Part shown: one piece after another, positions 28,816 to 37,370 of the stretch | Numbering within the stretch: position 1 is the first letter of the stretch | Layout: the number at the start of each line of letters is the position of its first letter | Source of the DNA: Bacteroidota bacterium | GTDB lineage: Bacteria; Bacteroidota; Bacteroidia; Chitinophagales; Chitinophagaceae | Direction of reading: 5' to 3' | Assembly: GCA_039796695.1 (NCBI GenBank) | Contig: JBDKJF010000015.1 | Span: 1,144-65,143 of the forward strand | DNA: 64,000 nucleotides | Made by a program: the position numbers and the translations under genes | The notes under the pieces: generated by a model | What the model saw: only the letters and a program-made list of their open reading frames with translations | Databases searched by the model: none | Told to the model about the DNA's origin: nothing

Positions 28816-28839
28816 ACTTTTTATGCTAGGCGTTTGCAA

Positions 28840-29790
28840 TTATTTGTTCATCATTTGTTTGGCTTCTATACTAAGGGTGGCATGTGGTACCGCCTTTAAT
28901 CTTGCCTTATCTATTAACTTACCAGTAACCCTGCATACACCATAGGTTTTGTTTTCGATGCGCATCATGGCTTTTTCTAAATGGTCAATAAACGTAATTT
29001 GACGGCTGGCCATTTGGCTCAATTGTTCTCTTTCCATACTTACGCTACCATCTTCCATGGTCATATATCTACCTTCGTCCATATCGCCCCCTTCATCCTT
29101 GCGGGTAATTAACCCTTGTAAGTAGGCTAATTCTTTTTTGGCAGCATCTAGTTTACGTTGAATAATTTCTCTAAACTCGGTAAGGTCGGAGTCGGAGTAC
29201 CGCATTGTAGGTCCCGAATATTGTTGCATCATTGATGAATCTAAAACTGATTTTGTAAATTCTGGTTCATATTTAACCGAACTCTTTACAGTAGTTTTAG
29301 GAATAACTACTTTGGAGTGTTTGGGTGGTTCTTTTTTAGTAATGGCGGCAGCTTTAGGCTTGATAGAAACCAAAGAGGCCGGATCGCCTTTTTTGGGTAC
29401 TGGAGGCGGAGGCGGCGATGTAACTACCGCAGCTTTAGCTGGCTCCGGCTTAGGTGCTGGTTTTGCCGCTGCTGGTTTGGGTACTACTTTAGTAGGCATA
29501 GGTTTAGTTTCGGGCTTTTTAGCGGCTGGCTTTACTACTGCTTTAGCAACCGGCTTGGCCACCACTTTTTTTGGTGCTGGCTTAGGCGCTGCTTTTTTGG
29601 CCGCGGGTTTTGCCTTTACTACCACTTTTTTGGCCGCTGGCTTGGCTGCTTTTTTTACGGCAGGCTTAGCTTTAGGAGCGGGCTTTTTGGCTGCTGGCTT
29701 GGCCGCAGGTTTTTTGGGCGTAGGTTTTGCAACCTTTTTTGCTGCTGGCTTGGCCGCAGATTTTTTGGGGGCTGGTTTTTTTGTAGCCAT
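28840..29790 (-). CDS. DksA/TraR-family protein with long histone-H1-like Ala/Lys/Pro-rich N-terminal extension
   Basis: The C-terminal ~125 aa (LTEFREIIQRKL...REQLSQMASRQITFIDHLEKAMMRIENKTYGVCRVTGKLIDKARLKAVPHATLSIEAK) matches the Bacteroidota DksA/TraR-like protein usually found after ileS. The N-terminal ~135 aa are AKKPAAKP-type repeats. Confidence 0.75.
   Translation of the reverse strand: MATKKPAPKKSAAKPAAKKVAKPTPKKPAAKPAAKKPAPKAKPAVKKAAKPAAKKVVVKAKPAAKKAAPKPAPKKVVAKPVAKAVVKPAAKKPETKPMPTKVVPKPAAAKPAPKPEPAKAAVVTSPPPPPVPKKGDPASLVSIKPKAAAITKKEPPKHSKVVIPKTTVKSSVKYEPEFTKSVLDSSMMQQYSGPTMRYSDSDLTEFREIIQRKLDAAKKELAYLQGLITRKDEGGDMDEGRYMTMEDGSVSMEREQLSQMASRQITFIDHLEKAMMRIENKTYGVCRVTGKLIDKARLKAVPHATLSIEAKQMMNK
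29386..29790 (-). repeat. low-complexity Ala/Lys/Pro-coding repeat region (AKKPAAKP-type)
   Basis: Reiterated GCTGCTGGCTTGGCCGC-like DNA on the plus strand. It is locally GC-rich and generates long spurious antisense ORFs (29312-29911, 29317-29808). Confidence 0.85.
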
Positions 29791-29793
29791 AAG

Positions 29794-32700
29794 TTACCCT
29801 TTTTTTAAAACATTGACATTTAGCAAGATATCGTTTATTTCCACTTCTGTTCCTTCTTTCACTTCGTTTAAAAACTCCAACTTATCAGCTAGAATTTCGG
29901 CGCAAATATAGTCTTTATACTTAGCCAAAGAATCTTTTAGTTTTTCATCGGCTGCTACCGCCACTTCTACTCTATCGGTTAAGTCAAACCCACTATCCTT
30001 TCTTATTTTTTGAATACGGTTTACAAACTCTCTAGCATTGCCTTCTGCTTCTAGTGCTGGGGTTACGGTAACGTCTAAGGCTACCGTTAGGCTACCTTTA
30101 TTGGCTACTGTCCAGCCCGGAATATCCTCGCTGCTTATTTCCACTTCGTCGATTTGTAATATTACAGGTTCATTATCAACTAACAAATTAAATTGTCCTT
30201 CTTTTTCTAACAATGCGATATCTGCTTGTGTGAATTGTGCTAATAAAGTAGACACGGCTTTCATTTTTGCGCCTAATTTTTTTCCCAACGCTACAAAATT
30301 GGGCTTAATTTTTTTGCTAATAAAAGTGTTATCTGGATGCAGGTATTCTATTTCTTTTACATTTACTTCGGCCTTTACCAAATCTTCAATTTTTTGAAGC
30401 TGCTCTTTCATGGAAGTACTGAGCACCGGCACCAGTACTTTTTGTAAAGGTTGGCGCACTTTTAAGTTCACTTTTTTGCGCAACGAAAGTATGAGGGAGG
30501 AGGCATCCTGCGCTAGCTGCATTCTTTCTTCTAATAGCTCATCAATAGCCCCACGGCCAGCAGTAATAGGGTTTTGCGTGGCATCAATATCAGGATAGTT
30601 GATGTGATGCACGGATTCTACTCTGGTACCGTCAGCATTTTTAAATCGGTCTGTTACGCTATTTAGGTTTTGGAAAATAGTATCGCTAAAGAAAGGTGAA
30701 ATGGGGGCGATTAACCGCACTATTGTTTCCAAGCATTCGTACAATGTTTGGTAGGCACATATTTTATCTTGCTCATACTCCCCTTTCCAAAAACGCCTAC
30801 GGCATAAGCGCACATACCAATTACTTAAATGCCCATCTACAAAATCTTCGATAACCCGGCCTGCTTGGGTGGGTTCAAAATCATCCATATACGCATTGGC
30901 TTTTTTTACTACCGTGTTAAGTGATGAAAGAATCCATCTATCTATTTCCGGTCGTTGTGCTATGGGTATGTATGCTTCTTTAAAAGCAAAGCCATCTACA
31001 TTAGCATAAAGGGCAAAGAACTGATAGGTATTATAAAGGGTGCCAAAAAATTTTCGTTGTACTTCTTTGATACCGTCTAAATCAAATTTCATATTATCCC
31101 ACGGCGATGCGTTGGTAACTAAATACCATCTTGTAGCATCAGCTCCAAAGGTTTCAATGGTTTTGAAAGGGTCTACCACATTACCCAATCGCTTACTCAT
31201 TTTGTTGCCGTTTTTATCCAGCACCAATCCGTTAGAAACGCAGGTTTTATAGGCCACACTATCAAATAGCATAACGGCTAAAGCATGTAAAGTATAAAAC
31301 CATCCTCTTGTTTGATCTACGCCTTCGGCAATGTAATCGGCCGGAAAACTTTTTTCAAATGTTTCTTTGTTTTCAAATGGAAAATGCCATTGAGCATAAG
31401 GCATAGCGCCAGAGTCAAACCATACATCTATTAAATCGGGCACCCTTTTCATGGGTTTGCCCGAAGGGCTTACTAATATGATATCATCTACGTAAGGTTT
31501 ATGCAAATCGAGAATGCCTTCGTGTAAATAGTTTTTGTTTACATCGCCGCCTAATACTTCACTCGCTTTTCGGATACCCGCATTTAATGCTTCGATAGAA
31601 CCGATACAAATTTCCTCATCGCCATTCTCTGTTCTCCAAATTGGTAAGGGTGTACCCCAATAGCGAGAGCGGCTTAGGTTCCAATCTACCACATTTTCTA
31701 GCCAGTTTCCAAAGCGTCCTTCGCCGGTGCTTTTGGGTTTCCAATTGATGGTTTTGTTCAACTCTACCATTCGCTCTTTTACCGCCGTTGTTTTTATAAA
31801 CCATGCATCCAGTGGGTAATAAAGTATTGGTTTATCTGTGCGCCAGCAATGCGGATAATTGTGTTCGTATTTTTCTACCTTAAATGCTCTATTCTCTTTT
31901 TTTAGTTTAACGCTTATGTCAATATTTACATCTACATACGTAGGATCATCTTTGTAGTTTTTTACATATCGACCACTAAACTCACCCAAGCCGTCTACAA
32001 ATTTTCCTTCTCTATCCACCATCGTTAGTATGCCAATGTTATACTTCTTACCCACTTTATAGTCATCTGCACCAAAAGCAGGCGCAGTATGAACGATACC
32101 CGTACCATCTTCTGTGGTAACGAAACTATCCACCATCACTACGAATGGTTTTGCCCCTGGTGTTATGGCTTGTATAGCATTTACTGTGTTGGCTTCGTAG
32201 GGAAGTAGTTGTTCGTATTCGCAACCTTCGATGTCTGAGCCTTTGAACGTTGATACAATTTTATAAGGTAAATTTTTTCCGTCATTTTTATAGGCTGTAA
32301 AATCTCCATTTTCATTTTCGGCTTTAAAATGTTTACCTAGTAAAGCTTTTGCTAAAACGATATTTATTTCGTTGTGCAGATATGGATTAATTGTTTTTAC
32401 TAATACATAATCGATATTGGCACCAACTGTTAAGCCAAGGTTGGAGGGCAATGTCCACGGCGTGGTAGTCCATGCTAAAAAGAAAACATCTTCACCTTTG
32501 GCAGCAGTAAAGACACTACTAATTCCAGGGTTCTCATAAGCCCCTCCTTGGGAGGGGTTTGGGGAGGCTTTGAACATCGCCACCGCACTCGTATCTTTTA
32601 CATCCTTATACGTTCCGGGTTGGTTTAATTCATGACTGCTTAAGCCAGTGCCTGCTGCCGGTGAATAAGGCTGGATGCTTACACTTTCGTACAGCAAACC

Positions 32701-33213
32701 TTTTTTATACAACTCGCTCAGTATCCACCAAAGTGTTTCAATGTATTCGTTTTTAAAAGTGATATAAGGATCATTTAAATCTACCCAATAACCCATTTTG
32801 CGGGTAATATCATCCCATTTGTCTTTATAACGCAGCACCGCCTCTCTACATTTAGCGTTATAGTCTTCAACCGATATTTTTTTTCCGATATCTTCTTTAG
32901 TAATGCCTAATTCCTTCTCAACTCCCAACTCAATGGGTAGGCCGTGCGTATCCCAACCGCCTTTTCGCTTTACTTGAAAACCTTTCATTGTTTTGTAGCG
33001 GCACACCATATCCTTTAATGTTCTAGAAATTACATGGTGTATGCCAGGCATACCATTGGCGCTTGGGGGGCCCTCATAAAACACAAAAGGGGTAGCCCCA
33101 TCCCGTAAGGTAATAGATTTTTGGAAAGCCTGATTTTCAGCCCATTGGGCCAGTATTTCCTGTTCAAACGCTGGGAGGTTTAATCCTGAAAACTCTTTGT
33201 ACTTAGCTGCCAT
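29794..33213 (-). CDS. ileS: isoleucine--tRNA ligase
   Basis: Contains PPSANGMPGIHH (HIGH), KMSKRLGN (KMSKS), WTTTPWTLPSN and CWRTDKPILYYP. At 1139 aa it has the long-form length. Confidence 0.97.
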   Translation of the reverse strand: MAAKYKEFSGLNLPAFEQEILAQWAENQAFQKSITLRDGATPFVFYEGPPSANGMPGIHHVISRTLKDMVCRYKTMKGFQVKRKGGWDTHGLPIELGVEKELGITKEDIGKKISVEDYNAKCREAVLRYKDKWDDITRKMGYWVDLNDPYITFKNEYIETLWWILSELYKKGLLYESVSIQPYSPAAGTGLSSHELNQPGTYKDVKDTSAVAMFKASPNPSQGGAYENPGISSVFTAAKGEDVFFLAWTTTPWTLPSNLGLTVGANIDYVLVKTINPYLHNEINIVLAKALLGKHFKAENENGDFTAYKNDGKNLPYKIVSTFKGSDIEGCEYEQLLPYEANTVNAIQAITPGAKPFVVMVDSFVTTEDGTGIVHTAPAFGADDYKVGKKYNIGILTMVDREGKFVDGLGEFSGRYVKNYKDDPTYVDVNIDISVKLKKENRAFKVEKYEHNYPHCWRTDKPILYYPLDAWFIKTTAVKERMVELNKTINWKPKSTGEGRFGNWLENVVDWNLSRSRYWGTPLPIWRTENGDEEICIGSIEALNAGIRKASEVLGGDVNKNYLHEGILDLHKPYVDDIILVSPSGKPMKRVPDLIDVWFDSGAMPYAQWHFPFENKETFEKSFPADYIAEGVDQTRGWFYTLHALAVMLFDSVAYKTCVSNGLVLDKNGNKMSKRLGNVVDPFKTIETFGADATRWYLVTNASPWDNMKFDLDGIKEVQRKFFGTLYNTYQFFALYANVDGFAFKEAYIPIAQRPEIDRWILSSLNTVVKKANAYMDDFEPTQAGRVIEDFVDGHLSNWYVRLCRRRFWKGEYEQDKICAYQTLYECLETIVRLIAPISPFFSDTIFQNLNSVTDRFKNADGTRVESVHHINYPDIDATQNPITAGRGAIDELLEERMQLAQDASSLILSLRKKVNLKVRQPLQKVLVPVLSTSMKEQLQKIEDLVKAEVNVKEIEYLHPDNTFISKKIKPNFVALGKKLGAKMKAVSTLLAQFTQADIALLEKEGQFNLLVDNEPVILQIDEVEISSEDIPGWTVANKGSLTVALDVTVTPALEAEGNAREFVNRIQKIRKDSGFDLTDRVEVAVAADEKLKDSLAKYKDYICAEILADKLEFLNEVKEGTEVEINDILLNVNVLKKG
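32538..32568. repeat. copy 1 of a ~31-nt palindromic GGAGGG/CCCTCC element, in frame inside ileS
   Basis: The plus strand reads AAGCCCCTCCTTGGGAGGGGTTTGGGGAGGC. This matches the reverse complement of 55669-55699 at about 25 of 31 positions. Confidence 0.7.
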
Positions 33214-33401
33214 ATTGCTTTTTAAAATGGCTGCGAAGTTACGGAAATATGTAGAGGGTAAGCGCCGCGAATTTCATTACAAAAAGCACCCTTGGCCTGG
33301 ATGGAAAATTATTCGCTTACATGTGTAAGCTTGGCGGCACTGCAGCTATAATGTATGGCCGTTTTTACTTGATTAGGTGTAAGGCAGCGGCTGCTTGATA
33401 C

Positions 33402-33438
33402 AAAAAATACAACCCCGGTACTTCGGGGTTGTATTTTG
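33402..33438 (-). terminator. terminator after the T9SS glycine-rich protein gene (bidirectional shape)
   Basis: ATACAACCCCG-GTACTT-CGGGGTTGTAT is an 11-bp stem flanked by an A-run and a T-run. Confidence 0.8.
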
Positions 33439-33470
33439 TTTAGATTTTTAAGTTGGATTAGTTAGCGCTT

Positions 33471-35420
33471 TTATAGTTTACTAATTTTTATGGTTTCTCT
33501 GTTTTCTAATAGCAACAAGTACATACCTTTTGCATAACCACTCATATCTAGCGCCATTGTATGCTGATTGATGCGGAAGCTTTGTAGTACATGGCCATTT
33601 ACATCTACCAATCTTGCTGTTGTGTTTAGTAATTGGCTGCTACTTATTGTAATTACATCGGTAGTGGGGTTCGGGTATACCGTTACCCCACCATACGTTG
33701 CTGTATTAAGTAACATGATACGGCTGTATGCCTTTTTACCATCTTTTTCTATTTGCTGTATGCGGTACTGCGTTTTTGTAGTTAAAGCAGCACCATCTGT
33801 ATACACATAACTATTTTCTCCATCGCCTTGGCTACTTACAGTGCCTATGGTAGTGAAATGAATTCCATCAACCGATTTTTGTATGGCGTAACTGGCTACC
33901 GCTGCTTCCTGCACCTTCCACGTAATAACGGCTTGGTCGTTATGGTTAAGATTGGCGTTTACACTTATCCATTTTACGGGTAGTGTACTGCTATTTGCTT
34001 TAAGGAAAAAACCACTAAAGCCGGTTACATCAAATGTTACTTCCCAACGGCTGGCTGTTGCATTCCAAACAATATCTGTATCGATTGGGTCTATTATTAT
34101 AGGGGTACCAGTATAGCTAGCCGGTAATCCGGTACCATCATTGCTTACGCCAGGATATTTTTCTATTCGTAAATTGGCTTTGCCAGTGGAATCGGTAGTG
34201 CTGCTGGGTAAATCAACAGGGCTTACTAAATTGTAATCATCCAACTCTTGTTGGGTAAAATATAAGGTTACCCTTCCAGTGGCTGTAGAAGCATTGTTAT
34301 CGGGTGTTATTTCATAGTGGCGTTTTACAAAGCTAGTAGGTTGTGCTGTTTCAAGCCATACTTTAGCAGTGGTATTACCACTTATTGGGCTAGTGCCAGT
34401 TGGATTTATTTGCGTTATCAAATTGGCGCAATTAATATGAAATGCTGCTGATACTCCCGTTATATTTTGAGACTGATTAGTGTTGCTAACCACTAAAGAG
34501 GGTGTTTGAGTGGTAATTGACATGCCGTTATTTGTCCCATTGGCATTGTTAATAGCAACAACGCCTCCTGTAGATGATTCCGGTACAGTAGCAGTTATGG
34601 TGGTTGCATTTACAACAGAAACATTTGTACAACTAACCCCTGCAACAGTTACAGTTGTACCTGCTGCGGTAGAAAAATTTGTACCTGTAATGGTAATTGA
34701 TTGTCCCGGACAAACACTAGCAGGTGAAATACTTGTTACGGATATGTATAGTACAAAAAAGCGGCCAGGAGCCCCAGCACCACCCAATTTGCTAGTACCA
34801 AAAGTAGATTTATAACCACCACTACCTCCTGCTCCAGGTGCATTACCTGGGTTACCATTATTACCACTAGCCACCGCCGCACCACCAAATCCTTGAACTC
34901 CAATTGCATTTCCAGAATTACCGCCTTTACCCGAAGTACTTGTACCTTCATCTAAGCCATTTTGGCCTGGAATATTACTTGAACCTCCACTTGCACTACC
35001 TCCTACGCCTCGAAAGCCATTTATAGACCCTCCAGTCCCAGGATTAGCTACCAGTTCTACAGATGAAGGGGTATAACTAACATAACTGCTTATTCCTGGG
35101 TTTCCATTATTTGAGCTGGGTGCCGTGCCACCCGCGCCAACTCTATAACTAATGTTGGTGCCTGAAACTACATCAAAAGTCTTAAGGCTGGCGCCACCTC
35201 CACCACCACCGCCGCCAATGCTACCGCCATCAGATGTACCTGCTCCACCGCCCCCGCCGCCGCCCCAAATAGCAACGGTAACCGAAGTAACGTTGGCCGG
35301 TACAGTAAATGTTTTTCCAGATCCGGGGATATTATCGATAAAAGTTTGTGCGGTAAGATTAGCTTTTAAAAAAAATAGGCACAATGCTAACGCTGCACAT
35401 TGCAACAATGTTGGTTTCAT
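33471..35420 (-). CDS. secreted glycine-rich-domain / IPT-TIG protein with T9SS C-terminal sorting domain
   Basis: Signal peptide, then FTVPANVTSVTVAIWGGGGGGGAG...GGGGGGG (glycine-rich domain) and an IPT-like segment (ITITGTNFS...TVAGVSCTNVSVVNATTITATVP). The C-terminal VTVYPNPTTDVITI...GMYLLLLE...IKISKL is the T9SS CTD. Confidence 0.8.
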   Translation of the reverse strand: MKPTLLQCAALALCLFFLKANLTAQTFIDNIPGSGKTFTVPANVTSVTVAIWGGGGGGGAGTSDGGSIGGGGGGGGASLKTFDVVSGTNISYRVGAGGTAPSSNNGNPGISSYVSYTPSSVELVANPGTGGSINGFRGVGGSASGGSSNIPGQNGLDEGTSTSGKGGNSGNAIGVQGFGGAAVASGNNGNPGNAPGAGGSGGYKSTFGTSKLGGAGAPGRFFVLYISVTSISPASVCPGQSITITGTNFSTAAGTTVTVAGVSCTNVSVVNATTITATVPESSTGGVVAINNANGTNNGMSITTQTPSLVVSNTNQSQNITGVSAAFHINCANLITQINPTGTSPISGNTTAKVWLETAQPTSFVKRHYEITPDNNASTATGRVTLYFTQQELDDYNLVSPVDLPSSTTDSTGKANLRIEKYPGVSNDGTGLPASYTGTPIIIDPIDTDIVWNATASRWEVTFDVTGFSGFFLKANSSTLPVKWISVNANLNHNDQAVITWKVQEAAVASYAIQKSVDGIHFTTIGTVSSQGDGENSYVYTDGAALTTKTQYRIQQIEKDGKKAYSRIMLLNTATYGGVTVYPNPTTDVITISSSQLLNTTARLVDVNGHVLQSFRINQHTMALDMSGYAKGMYLLLLENRETIKISKL

Positions 35421-35466
35421 ATGATATTAGTTGGGTGTGTGTTAAACAAATATTGGACTTGGGTTG

Positions 35467-35474
35467 CAAACTTA
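35467..35474 (-). promoter_or_regulatory. candidate -7 box (TAAGTTTG) for the T9SS glycine-rich protein gene
   Basis: Exact TAnnTTTG match on the minus strand, 46 nt before the ATG at 35420. Confidence 0.35.
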
Positions 35475-35814
35475 TATTTATAAACCTATTTGCACAATGT
35501 AAAGGGATACTTCTTACAAAAAACCTAGTCAGAATAACTTAAATAGAGTACTATTACTTAACGTATATGTACGATTATTGGATGAAAATTGTATATAACC
35601 ACAAATCATACCAACTATCATAAAAAGGGGCTATACCTTGAAATAAAAAGGGATACTTTAAAATGCTTTGTATGCAAACGGCAACATATCATTCCATAAT
35701 CATAGTAGTAGTAGATAAAAATTATTGTAGCATAAATCGAGCAATTTCTTTGGTTATTTTTTATCTATTTTAATTTTTGGCGGTGGGCTTACGTAAATTT
35801 ATATGTTGGCTAAG

Positions 35815-35853
35815 GGCCAAAAAAAAGGCAGGTTAGTGGCCTGCCTTTTTTTG
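35815..35853 (-). terminator. terminator after the HmuY-like gene (bidirectional shape)
   Basis: AAGGCAGG-TTAGTGG-CCTGCCTT is flanked by A9 on one side and T7 on the other. Confidence 0.8.
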
Positions 35854-35870
35854 TTTCGATAAATGATGTG

Positions 35871-37274
35871 TTATCCTTTTTTAACCAGCACCGCTTCGTA
35901 AGCAGGATAGCCTCTTTCGCCAGCTTGCGTAAGGGCGGTAAATCTTACTTTATAGTAATTATTATCGCCATCTTTAATAATGTAATACCGATCTGTACGT
36001 ACGGCAGGTGCAGAGGTGGGGCCGCCGCCACTTCTCCAATCAGCGGCTATGGCATTTTGAGTGGTTAAGAATGTTTGAGAAGCAATATCTGCCGCTCCAA
36101 AATCAACATATGGTTTAGTAGCCGTCATTATTTTGGCTACTGCTACGTTTCTATTAATTATTACCATGTCTTGAAACAAGTAAGGCACTTCTCCACTTCC
36201 AAAGTTGGTAACATTAGAAAAATATGTCCATGCCATATCCCATTTCTTTTTTGTAGGCTCTATTGCTATTGCCCCATTTTCGAAAGAAAGGTATTTAAAA
36301 AAAAAGGCCTCGTCTTTTGCAATGTCTACAGATGTAAAGGAAGTAGAAGCAATATCAGCATGCTGTAAAGTATACCCCCCGCTTGAGTTACGTAGTATGC
36401 GTATTTTTTTCCAACCTCTTGCCGGTGCCGGTGTGCCCACGCCGTTACCACGATTAATGATGTACACTTTATTATCCATAGCAGTAGCCGAAATACTAGC
36501 AATGGCTGTTCTTGATAAATCTCCATTGGGATAATCAATATAAGGCAACGAGATAGTAGTAGGGGCGGTTTGGCTAAAAAATACTTCGGAAGAAAATCCC
36601 ATTGTATCTGCTGCTGTTACGGCATTTATATCCGTCTTGTTTATTTGTTTAGCCATCATAGCACATGATGAATTTAGTATTACCCTAAAATCGTTTGCTC
36701 CTGTATAAAAACCTAGGTCCCAAGTGGTGCGCTGTACCGCAGTGTGTCTATTGGCGCTTAGGTCTATAAATACTTTATTGGGGTAAGTACTCCCTCCGCC
36801 ATTTATAGTAGCGGTAGCCGCCGTAGCAATTAGTTCTCCAAAATTTAAAGTAAACCGTTTGGCTACTCCTATTAATACGGGAGATGCTGTGCTATACAAA
36901 TCAAATAACAGTTTTTCATCTCCATCAAATAAAGCACCGGCTACCTTGTTAATTGTAAAAGATGCTTCATTATTACCGGCAGGTATTGTTAGTAAAACCT
37001 TTCCGGCAGCGGAAGCTGGCACAGTAGTATAATCAGTACCATATATTACTCCTTGTTCTGTTAAATTAATTACCACCGGCACCTCTGCATTTACCCCTCT
37101 GGATACTTTTACTTTTACTGTAATACTGTTTTCGCTTGCGGCCATTCCCTGCGATGTGGTTTCAAATATGGCATAAATGTCTGGTAACCCTGCCTCTCTT
37201 TTACGACAGGCTATTACACAAACTGCTAATAATAATCCTAGCACTACATTTCTGTATACACTTTTTGTAAACAT
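35871..37274 (-). CDS. HmuY-like lipoprotein (tentative), partner of the upstream TonB-dependent receptor
   Basis: Has a lipobox (VIACRK), a WDLGFY segment and a C-terminal YYKVRFTAL...GERGYPAYEAVLV, resembling HmuY-family proteins. It lies 96 nt downstream of a TBDR gene. Confidence 0.5.
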   Translation of the reverse strand: MFTKSVYRNVVLGLLLAVCVIACRKREAGLPDIYAIFETTSQGMAASENSITVKVKVSRGVNAEVPVVINLTEQGVIYGTDYTTVPASAAGKVLLTIPAGNNEASFTINKVAGALFDGDEKLLFDLYSTASPVLIGVAKRFTLNFGELIATAATATINGGGSTYPNKVFIDLSANRHTAVQRTTWDLGFYTGANDFRVILNSSCAMMAKQINKTDINAVTAADTMGFSSEVFFSQTAPTTISLPYIDYPNGDLSRTAIASISATAMDNKVYIINRGNGVGTPAPARGWKKIRILRNSSGGYTLQHADIASTSFTSVDIAKDEAFFFKYLSFENGAIAIEPTKKKWDMAWTYFSNVTNFGSGEVPYLFQDMVIINRNVAVAKIMTATKPYVDFGAADIASQTFLTTQNAIAADWRSGGGPTSAPAVRTDRYYIIKDGDNNYYKVRFTALTQAGERGYPAYEAVLVKKG

Positions 37275-37370
37275 GCTTATTAATTTTTAACTATTGGTTG
37301 ATGATTAATTGTATGCGCTTTGGCCTATGCCCACTTTTATAAAAGCAGAGCCTTGGCGGCTTATTTTGCT

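Noticed and set aside
29312-29911. Long plus-strand ORFs (199 aa and 163 aa) rich in Gly/Ala/Phe/Leu, opposite the DksA-like gene
   Set aside because: They are antisense artefacts of the GC-rich AKP-coding repeat, which lacks stop codons on the complementary strand. They overlap the ileS 3' end and have no start context or recognisable fold.
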